DNA of 64,000 nt, from NCBI GenBank assembly GCA_050859015.1, contig CP139473.1:471927-535926 (forward strand), in the 5' to 3' direction. Below, piece by piece: positions 52,199 through 59,800 of this stretch (positions are counted from its first letter, which is position 1; every line of letters starts with the position of its first letter). The stretch is from Dehalogenimonas sp. Lineage in GTDB: Bacteria > Chloroflexota > Dehalococcoidia > Dehalococcoidales > Dehalococcoidaceae. A program made the position numbers and the translations under genes. A model generated the notes under the pieces. It did no database searches. It saw only the letters and a program-made list of their open reading frames with translations, and was not told where the DNA came from.

Positions 52199-53746
52199 TT
52201 ACCGGCCTTTCCAAGCCGAAGCAGCGGTGTCGATACCCATGGTCGGCAGGTTCATATCCCACCAATCTTCCGGGTTGTCCATGTTGCCGTAACCGAAGGA
52301 TTCGCCCATGGTGGCGAAGAAGCTGTTGAACAAAGATGTTTGGGAAATGGTTTGCTTGACCAGGGCATGGACCATGGCGGCGCTGTCGATTGAGAAGGTG
52401 CAGTAACCCCAGCACTGGCTGCAGCCTGAGGCTTCGGAACGGTATTCCTGGCAGCGGACGTAGTTGTTCCAAAGCATCTTGGCGCCCAGGGCATGGAAAG
52501 TGCGTGATTTGCCTTCGAAGGCCGGCGGTTCGTAGGTGGCCGCGTCGCTCCTGGTGGTCGTCTCGATACAACCGGCGGGGCAGTTCTTGGCGCAGAAACC
52601 GCAGGTCTGGCAGAATTTCCACATGCCGGCGTCGATTGGCTTGGTGGGCGCCAGATCCAGGTCGGTTACGAAAGCGGTCGGATACTGGGCTGGACCGAAT
52701 TCCGCGGTCAGACCATAGTTCTGCTGGCGGGAGGATTCTTCGCCGCCGACCATGACGCCGGCGCCGTTGACGTTGAAGATTTCAGTCTGATGCCCGGTGT
52801 TCGAGCAGCTCTGGTAGCCCAGGCTGCGGATGAAGCGGTGGAGACCGCCGTAGATGAAGTCCGAAAGCGTGCCGCCGGTGCCGTTGGGGCCCGGGAAGCT
52901 GGTGGTGTAGTAGCCCTTGGAGGCGTTCGGCGCCTTGAGGAACTGGCGGGCGACCGGGGGAGTAGCCCAGATGACCGACTTGAAGCCGGAAGGAATCACC
53001 ATCTTGCCTTCGATCGATTCCAGGTCAACCGGCGAGGGAACATCCTCGATGGTGTACTTCAGCGAGTTTTTCTCTGTCGGCAAGTTGCTCTCATACGTGC
53101 CGCCCTTGTACTCGGCGGTGGCGCCCTTGGTGGTGTAGGCCACCAGCATCTTTTCTCGCCAGAAGGAATCGAATTGAGCGTAGCCGGTGAGGGACGCGCC
53201 GTAATACCGCAGGGCAGCGTTCATCATCTTGGAGGCCTCTTCCGGGGAACCGGTCCATTTGGTGGTACCGAGATCCGCGGGGGTCTTGGAGGGGGTGTAG
53301 GTCGTAGCTGAGTTGAGAGCTGTCGGACCGGTCCAGCTTTTCCTCCAGTTGAGGCCCATGGCGGCGGCGCTGGACATGACCCTTGACCTGAGGGTGTAAC
53401 CGGGAGTTTCGAAGGTCCGGGCGTCGGTGATTGCTTTTCCTTTAGCTGCGGCTGCTTCGCGGCGAGCCCAGGTCTCGGTGTAGTATGATTTGCACAACGT
53501 GGTCTGGGATTGGTAGCGGCGGTCGTAGCGCTTCAAGAGAGACTGATCGATTTCGGTGGTGGGATTCAGGAAATCGCGCTCTTTAACGTACCAGGGCCGC
53601 TGTGGCGCGGCTCCGCTGGAGGCGGCGAGTTCATCGAGGTCGTGGAAGGTAGGTGCGACGAGAGCCGCAGCACCGATTCCAGCCCCGGCCAGGCCGAGAT
53701 TCTTCATGAAATCACGGCGTGATACGGTTCCGTGGAATATAGACAT
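52199..53746 (-). CDS. rdhA: Reductive dehalogenase catalytic subunit (corrinoid/Fe-S)
   Basis: TAT signal SRRDFMKNLGLAGAGIGAAALVAP. Two Fe-S motifs, CQTCGFCAKNCPAGC and GCSQCWGYC. 515 aa, followed by rdhB. Confidence 0.9.
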   Translation of the reverse strand: MSIFHGTVSRRDFMKNLGLAGAGIGAAALVAPTFHDLDELAASSGAAPQRPWYVKERDFLNPTTEIDQSLLKRYDRRYQSQTTLCKSYYTETWARREAAAAKGKAITDARTFETPGYTLRSRVMSSAAAMGLNWRKSWTGPTALNSATTYTPSKTPADLGTTKWTGSPEEASKMMNAALRYYGASLTGYAQFDSFWREKMLVAYTTKGATAEYKGGTYESNLPTEKNSLKYTIEDVPSPVDLESIEGKMVIPSGFKSVIWATPPVARQFLKAPNASKGYYTTSFPGPNGTGGTLSDFIYGGLHRFIRSLGYQSCSNTGHQTEIFNVNGAGVMVGGEESSRQQNYGLTAEFGPAQYPTAFVTDLDLAPTKPIDAGMWKFCQTCGFCAKNCPAGCIETTTRSDAATYEPPAFEGKSRTFHALGAKMLWNNYVRCQEYRSEASGCSQCWGYCTFSIDSAAMVHALVKQTISQTSLFNSFFATMGESFGYGNMDNPEDWWDMNLPTMGIDTAASAWKGR

Positions 53747-53774
53747 GTACTTCTCCTGTTTTTATTTTCCATCG

Positions 53775-53826
53775 GTCTGTCCCGATTGCCTTTCCGGTCT
53801 TTCCCGGTTGTCGCCCAGTCTCTCCC
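53775..53826 (-). promoter_or_regulatory. Three direct repeats GGGA-N-AGAC spaced ~2 helical turns apart in the rdhA upstream region
   Basis: On the plus strand: GTCTGTCCC at 53775-53783, GTCTTTCCC at 53797-53805 and GTCTCTCCC at 53818-53826. These lie about -30 to -80 relative to the rdhA ATG. Confidence 0.4.
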
Positions 53827-53889
53827 GGGCGTCAGGTTCATCCTGCCTCCAAATTACTCACATCAAAAACGTATACGCGGTTTGGCATT

Positions 53890-55668
53890 TCATTGCGCGG
53901 CAAACATCTGATCAACAAGCCGAGTTCCCTCGTCGCTGGTGCACAGGGGCTGGAGTTCACGGCTCTGGTCGCGGTAAACGGTGATGCCTTTGAGGCCCTG
54001 CTCGAAGGCCATCATGAACACCCGGGCGATGTCGTCTCGGGTAGCGTTCTTCGGGAAATTGACCGTTTTGCTGACGGCATTGTCGATGTGCCTCTGGAAT
54101 GCCGCCTGGATACGGACGTGCCAGTCAGGCGACACCCGGTGGGCAGTGACGAAGACCCTGCGGATGTCTTCCGGGATTTCTTTGCGGCTGTGGAGGTGGT
54201 TCGAGGTCACCAATTGTTCGATAAGGTCGCGGTTATAAAAACCCCGTTCGCGGGCGATCGTTTCGAAATAGGGATTGATTTCCAGCAGGTTTTCGCCGTC
54301 GAGAATGTTCCTGACGAACACGGCGGCGAAGATCGGTTCGATGCCGGAGGACACGCCGGCGATGATGGAGATGGTGCCCGTCGGGGCGATTGTGGTGCAG
54401 GCGGCATTTCTCATGGGCAAGTCCTGCTTTTCATAGACGCTGCCATGCCATGCGGGGAACACTCCCCGTTCCAGGGCGAGTTCATGGGAGGCTTGCCTGG
54501 CATGATGGGAGATAAACTCAATGATCTCTTCGGCGATAGCGATAGCCCTGGTGGAGTTATAAGGCACGCCCAGCTTAATAAGCATGTCGGCGAAACCCAT
54601 GACGCCCAGGCCGATTTTCCTGGTCCGCTTGGTGGTGTGTCCGATCAACGGGACCGGGAACCTGTTTACATCGATGACGTTGTCCAGGAACCGGACAGCA
54701 ATGGGTACCAATCGCCCAAGGCGTTCGTAATCGATGGAGAGAGAGTCGCCTTCATTTTTCAGCATCGCGGTCAGGTTGATCGAACCCAGGTTGCATGACT
54801 CGTATGGCAAAAGCGCCTGTTCGCCGCAGCCGGTGATCGTTTCCAGTCTACCGAGGGTTGGGGTCGGATTATCGCGGTTGATGCGGTCGATGAAGACAAG
54901 GCCGGGGTCGCCGGTGCTCCATGCCTGGTCGACGATGCGATTGAACACCGCGGCGGCGTTCAGTTTTCCTACAGCTTCACCGCTGTTTGGTTCAATAAGG
55001 GAGTAATCCTCGCCCATCCTCACTCTGGCCATAAAATCGTCGGTGACCGAAACGGAATTGTAGAAATTGGTCAGGGTGTTAGGGTTGCTCTTGGCGCTGA
55101 TGAAATGGAGGATGTCCGGGTGGGTGACATTCATCACCACCGAATTGCAGCCTCGCCGGACCCCGCCCTGCCGGACGTAATCAGCGGCTCCGGCAAATAC
55201 GTGGATCAGGGATACTGGACCGCCGGCGGCATCCAAGTGCTCGCCTACAGCGCTGCCGGTAGGCCTGATATGGGACACATTGAACCCGATACCGCCACCG
55301 CTTTTGTGGATCATAGCGGTGTATTTCACGGCATCGAAGGTCTCTTCCAACGAATCGGGCACCGGAAGGACGAAACAGGAAGACAACTGACCAGCCTCTG
55401 TGCCGGCGTTAAGTAGGGTTGGGGAGTTGGGCAAGAATTCAAGGGAAGCCATCGCCCGGTAAAACTCATCGGCGACACCGTCCACATCGGCTTCGGGGTT
55501 ATAGATATGCTCAGCCGAAGCGACAAAACCGGCGACCCGGCGGAACATTTCCTCGGGCGTCTCGATAATCCGACCGGTGCGGTCGCGTCTCAAATAGCGC
55601 TTTTCCAGGACCCGGAGGCCGATGGGGGTGAGAGCGAGTTCGGTTTCTCTATTAATCTCTAGCACCAT
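53890..55668 (-). CDS. nrdJ: Class II (adenosylcobalamin-dependent) ribonucleotide reductase
   Basis: LEFLPNSPTLLNAG, SCFVL, the active-site region CNLGSINL and the C-terminal redox Cys region. It is a compact 592-aa form. Confidence 0.9.
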   Translation of the reverse strand: MVLEINRETELALTPIGLRVLEKRYLRRDRTGRIIETPEEMFRRVAGFVASAEHIYNPEADVDGVADEFYRAMASLEFLPNSPTLLNAGTEAGQLSSCFVLPVPDSLEETFDAVKYTAMIHKSGGGIGFNVSHIRPTGSAVGEHLDAAGGPVSLIHVFAGAADYVRQGGVRRGCNSVVMNVTHPDILHFISAKSNPNTLTNFYNSVSVTDDFMARVRMGEDYSLIEPNSGEAVGKLNAAAVFNRIVDQAWSTGDPGLVFIDRINRDNPTPTLGRLETITGCGEQALLPYESCNLGSINLTAMLKNEGDSLSIDYERLGRLVPIAVRFLDNVIDVNRFPVPLIGHTTKRTRKIGLGVMGFADMLIKLGVPYNSTRAIAIAEEIIEFISHHARQASHELALERGVFPAWHGSVYEKQDLPMRNAACTTIAPTGTISIIAGVSSGIEPIFAAVFVRNILDGENLLEINPYFETIARERGFYNRDLIEQLVTSNHLHSRKEIPEDIRRVFVTAHRVSPDWHVRIQAAFQRHIDNAVSKTVNFPKNATRDDIARVFMMAFEQGLKGITVYRDQSRELQPLCTSDEGTRLVDQMFAAQ

Positions 55669-55850
55669 TGTCTCTCCTTCTGAGGGAGCGGGTTGTTTTT
55701 TAAAAGAGGCAAGCCCCGTGGTGAACCCCGATTACACCCAGGGAAGCCCACGGGAGGGGTTTTCACAGCACCATTAAGCCGGACTGGTCGCAACAATCCG
55801 GCAACCCCGGTTTCCCCCACCGAGAGACTTGCCTCGAAGGAATATTCTGT
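55669..55850 (-). ncRNA. Structured 5' leader of nrdJ (riboswitch-like multi-helix junction, class unassigned)
   Basis: The closing helix pairs GAGGCAAG (55835-55828) with CUUGCCUC (55713-55706). Inner helices are GGGG...CCCC, CCCGUGG...CCACGGG and CCCUG...CGGGG. A U/A tract and the AGGAGAG RBS follow. Confidence 0.35.
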
Positions 55851-55861
55851 TGTTATAATCC

Positions 55862-56068
55862 TCAATCCTGACCGAAGAAGTATGAACTGGCGAAAACGGT
55901 GAAACTAACGTCTCCAACAGATCGAAAAATCCGTACCGGTAAACGATTGATGAAGAAGGCCAAGATGTTTTCGGGCGCTCCGTTTATTGCAGCGGTGGCG
56001 ACAATATCATGCTTGCCGGCCGGAAAGCTTATCCCCACCAGGTAATGCTCCACCGCACCTAAGTCCAT
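55862..56068 (-). CDS. DUF2795-family small protein
   Basis: VEHYLVGISFPAGKHDIVATAAINGAPENILAFF matches the DUF2795 pattern (YL.G..FPA.K.DL...A...GA). Start at the ATG at 56068. Confidence 0.6.
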   Translation of the reverse strand: MDLGAVEHYLVGISFPAGKHDIVATAAINGAPENILAFFINRLPVRIFRSVGDVSFTVFASSYFFGQD

Positions 56069-56251
56069 GCCCACTCCGGCACAGGTTGCCGCGGGTCTGG
56101 TCTCCAGTCTCAGGATCGGTTTTTGCAGGGTAATCATTGCTAAATCCACCGTCTGATCGACTCATTCCTAATCCTGGCTGCAGTGACAATCGATACAGTG
56201 ACAATGAATGCGGTTAACGCCAGCAGGACTAACATATGAATCCCCTTCCGG

Positions 56252-56629
56252 TCATTTGGTCAACCTAATCCTGACAATAGCTTCCATATGAAAAATCATG
56301 TCAATAATCTCCACAGGTTTGAACAAGTAGTCCTCTGCCCCGCTTGCCAAAGCCCTGGCGGTAACGGTCTGATCGCTTTTGGGATCCGAGAGGACGAGAA
56401 TTGGGATATTGGCATCATGCTTAACCGATTGGATGAGGCTGCAAGGGTCGATGTGGCCTATACAAGTGTCGACAACGGCCAAATCGCAACCCCGGGCGCC
56501 GTCACCGGATTCTGGTGTGATTGAGTCTGGAGCGATCAACCTCCCGGAACTGGGCCAACGCATCCGTATGGCAGTGTTGAGTAGATTCAGGACTTCACTA
56601 TCATGGGTAGCCGCCCACACTTTCATCAC
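56252..56629 (-). CDS. Stand-alone receiver (CheY-like) domain protein with a degenerate acidic pocket
   Basis: DLAVVD, PILVLSD and DYLFKP match REC landmarks. The N-terminal DD pair is replaced (VWAATHDSE). Confidence 0.65.
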   Translation of the reverse strand: MMKVWAATHDSEVLNLLNTAIRMRWPSSGRLIAPDSITPESGDGARGCDLAVVDTCIGHIDPCSLIQSVKHDANIPILVLSDPKSDQTVTARALASGAEDYLFKPVEIIDMIFHMEAIVRIRLTK

Positions 56630-56874
56630 CGATAAGTGTAGCTAGCGGTGGTGAATTTCAGCTGGAATAATAGTGACTGGAAATTACTGAAAGCTTCCTG
56701 AACCGGTTACAGTGTTGTGATCAGCCGGTGAAAAATTGTTACAAAAACAACAAGGTAAATGGGTTTAATCCAGCTGGGTTGTTAAGAATTGGATTGATTC
56801 ACTAACAGACCTATGGGTTGGGATAGAGCGTCAGTCGATGGCTCGAGGATTGAAAAAGATCAGTTGATCCCAAC

Positions 56875-57540
56875 TCATCCTTCGTTGGGGGATCTGCTGC
56901 CGAGAGAGCGGCGGAATAAAACACGTTTTGGCGACAATATTCCCCAGGTGATGGTCATCTCAATAGCTTTAAGGAATGAGACATCGGTTTCGATGATTTG
57001 ATCCCTGGTGGCCAGAATCCACGTGCCGGTGTGTGGGAAGGGTGAGGTAGGGAGAAACACGGTCACGAAGGGGCTGCCTTCGCGGTCCTCGATTTTGTTG
57101 GTGACGAAACCTAGAGTGAATACGCCAGCACGCGGGTACTCCAGAATAATGACCTTTCTGAAACTGCCCTTGAAAGCCCCGGGGACAGAAAGAGCCTGCA
57201 TCGCCTGCTTGGCGCCGCTGTACACCTGCGCCAGGACCGGGAGCCGGGCTATTAAAAACTCTCCAAACCGGACGATGCTGTTGCCGACAACGTTCGAGGT
57301 CACGATCCCAACGATCAGGATGAGGAGCAGCGTTAAAAGGATGCCCAGACCGGGAATCGGGCGCCCGAAAAGGATATTGACCAGGGGTCTGAGTATGCCG
57401 TCCGCTAGGTCGAACAGCCAGATGATGCCAATGACGATCAAAGCGCCGGGCAAAACGACCACTAACCCGGCAACAAAAGTCCGCCAGATCTGCCGGAACA
57501 GACTGTTAAGCGCGGGTGTTTTCTGTTTCTTTTCGGTCAA
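56875..57540 (-). CDS. DUF502-family membrane protein
   Basis: Two N-terminal TM helices with an LVVVLPGALIVIGIIWLF...D...P pattern, plus the soluble C-terminal domain typical of DUF502. Confidence 0.7.
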   Translation of the reverse strand: MTEKKQKTPALNSLFRQIWRTFVAGLVVVLPGALIVIGIIWLFDLADGILRPLVNILFGRPIPGLGILLTLLLILIVGIVTSNVVGNSIVRFGEFLIARLPVLAQVYSGAKQAMQALSVPGAFKGSFRKVIILEYPRAGVFTLGFVTNKIEDREGSPFVTVFLPTSPFPHTGTWILATRDQIIETDVSFLKAIEMTITWGILSPKRVLFRRSLGSRSPNEG

Positions 57541-57749
57541 TGGCGCGATCCCTCAACCGGTTTCTTCCACCGAAACATTATAACCGCCGCGGCGACGGAG
57601 ATAAATGCCCGCCGTTTGGTATTCGCATCGCCGGTGCGATATATGCCTAAAGTACAATTGATACTACCTTTCCGGGCGTTGCTAATTACGGCCGCTGGGG
57701 GTACACTGGGTAGCATTTTCGATACAAAGATGTACTTGGAATTAATCAA

Positions 57750-59027
57750 TTGACAGATCCCGCAGATCCCCAATTCAACCTGCCAAAGAAGGGGCTGTTT
57801 GCGAACCCTATCTTCAGGCGTTTTCCGCTGGGCGTGTGGATGGTCACCATCATCGGTGTCTTGAACTCAGCCAGTTTTTCCCTGTCGCTACCGTTCCTTT
57901 CGCTTTACCTCAACACGCAGCGTGACGTATCAATGCTGATGGTGGGGCTAATTATCCTGGGCTCCGGTTTGATCGCTTCTGCGGCGCAGATGATGGCCGG
58001 CATGATTTCCGACAGGATCGGCCGGCGTCCGATCATCCTGGGCAGTATGGCCTTGGCGGGGGCACTGTTTGTGGTCATGGCTATTCTGATCAACGCGGTC
58101 GCCCCGGTGTGGGCTATCGTCGCCGTTTATTTCCTGGTCCGCTGCGGGCTTATGGCGGCCCGACCGGCGACCCAGGCGCTCATCGTCGACCTGATGCCTA
58201 AAGCCCGCCTGGCCGAGGGTTACGGGATTTTGCGCATGGGTCAGAACCTGGGGTTCGGCTTCGGTCCGGCGATCGGCGGCTACTTCTGGGCAGTCACGTC
58301 TTATGCCTGGCTGTTCGTCGGCGCGGCAGTGATCAGCAGTATCTGCCTGCTCGTCACCTTCACCCATCTCAAGGAAAGCCATGTTGGCGGCGGGACCGAA
58401 CAGGTCAGCTTTGCCGCCGCCCTGTCCACTGCTAAAGACAGGACTTTTTTAGTGTTCACCATCATCAGTGTCATCGCTTTCATGGGTCTTGGCCAGTTCA
58501 TCAGCACGATGTCAGTTTACACGGTAGAGCGAGTCGGCTTCACGACAGTCCAGTACGGATCCCTCTTGACGTTGAACGCGATTCTGGTCGTACTTCTTCA
58601 ATATCCGGCCACAAGATGGATCAGCAAAATAGACAAGGCCACGGCGCTGCTCCTGGGAATGTCCGTCTACACACTCGGATACCTGTCCATGGGTTTTGTG
58701 GGGCCATACGGCTTAGCCTTAGGGGCAATGGCCATTATAACCATGGGGGAGGTCCTGTTTTCACCGATGTCGATGGCGGTAGTGGGCGAGCTTTCGCCCA
58801 AGAGCTGGCGTGGCCGCTACCAGGGATTCTACGGTCTATCGGAGACTCTAGGAGTATCGTTAGGTCCAACACTCGGAGGGCTGTTACTCGATTCCACTGC
58901 GCCGGACGGGCGGCTTTCGGTCTGGCTGCCTATCGCTTCCGTGATCATGTTCGCCGGGCTGGCTTTCTACGTGTGGGGTAAGATGCTGCGACCGTCGGCG
59001 GCAAAGGCAGTGGAAAGTTCGGATTAA
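57750..59027 (+). CDS. MFS transporter
   Basis: About 12 TM helices and the GMISDRIGRRP motif between TM2 and TM3. TTG start, exact start uncertain. Confidence 0.85.
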   Translation: MTDPADPQFNLPKKGLFANPIFRRFPLGVWMVTIIGVLNSASFSLSLPFLSLYLNTQRDVSMLMVGLIILGSGLIASAAQMMAGMISDRIGRRPIILGSMALAGALFVVMAILINAVAPVWAIVAVYFLVRCGLMAARPATQALIVDLMPKARLAEGYGILRMGQNLGFGFGPAIGGYFWAVTSYAWLFVGAAVISSICLLVTFTHLKESHVGGGTEQVSFAAALSTAKDRTFLVFTIISVIAFMGLGQFISTMSVYTVERVGFTTVQYGSLLTLNAILVVLLQYPATRWISKIDKATALLLGMSVYTLGYLSMGFVGPYGLALGAMAIITMGEVLFSPMSMAVVGELSPKSWRGRYQGFYGLSETLGVSLGPTLGGLLLDSTAPDGRLSVWLPIASVIMFAGLAFYVWGKMLRPSAAKAVESSD

Positions 59028-59111
59028 AAAAAGTTGGGCTCGCCATGGCGAGCCCAACAATAAATGTGTTGGCTGAGATAATTCTGGTTCCTAAGCTTGG
59101 CCTGAAAACCG

Positions 59112-59786
59112 TTATTTCTTGATGAAATAGCCAGTGCCGGACTTGGTCATTATGGCGCCCTGCATACCGATGTCGCCAAGTTTCTGCCGCAGGTTGCGCA
59201 TATGCACCCGGATGGAGTTGGCGGCGTCCGCCGGGACCTCGCCCCAGATGGACATTGACAGGTCATTATGGGAAACCGGTTTGCCCATGTTCTGGGCCAG
59301 GCAGTAGAGCATCTTGCCTTCGGTGGTGGTTAACTTAGTGCTCTGTCCACCACATGTGACCAGGCGTCGGGAGGCGGAGAAATGGAACTGGCCGATTGAT
59401 ATTGGCGAGCCGCTGTCGCTAGCCCTCTGGCGACGAAGCAGTGCTTTAGCCCGGGAGACAAATTCCATCTGGCGGAATGGCTTGGTGATGTAATCATCGG
59501 CGCCCAATTCCAGTCCGCGGACGACATCAGATTCCTCATCCCGAACCGTCAGGATGATTACCGGTACATTGGAATGGGTACGGACCTCCTTGAGCAGTTC
59601 GAGGCCGCTCTTATCCGGCAGGCCGAGATCCAGAATGATCAGGTCGGGATTCTCTTTGTCCGCCAGTTCGATGCCTTCCTGGGCAAGCCCGGTAAAGACA
59701 ATCCGGGAATCTGGCCAGCTCACCCTCAGGCACAGGCTAACCAGTTCGACGATGGCGCTGTCGTCTTCCACGATCAAGATTTTCAT
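59112..59786 (-). CDS. OmpR/PhoB-family response regulator
   Basis: REC domain (KILIVEDD, LIILDLGLPD, YITKPF) plus a winged-helix output domain (...IRVHMRNLRQKL...GTGYF). Confidence 0.95.
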   Translation of the reverse strand: MKILIVEDDSAIVELVSLCLRVSWPDSRIVFTGLAQEGIELADKENPDLIILDLGLPDKSGLELLKEVRTHSNVPVIILTVRDEESDVVRGLELGADDYITKPFRQMEFVSRAKALLRRQRASDSGSPISIGQFHFSASRRLVTCGGQSTKLTTTEGKMLYCLAQNMGKPVSHNDLSMSIWGEVPADAANSIRVHMRNLRQKLGDIGMQGAIMTKSGTGYFIKK

Positions 59787-59800
59787 GCCAGTTTTCCTCC

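Noticed and set aside
52173-52622. 149-aa minus-strand ORF overlapping the rdhA 3' end
   Set aside because: It is an alternative frame of rdhA with Arg/Pro/His-rich junk translation. rdhA and rdhB account for the region.
53893-54798. 301-aa plus-strand ORF
   Set aside because: Antisense to nrdJ. It is a shadow ORF.
55669-55850. Assignment of the nrdJ leader as a cobalamin riboswitch
   Set aside because: I could not find a convincing B12 box or the conserved GGGAA...GUGAAA core by eye. It is kept only as an unclassified structured leader.
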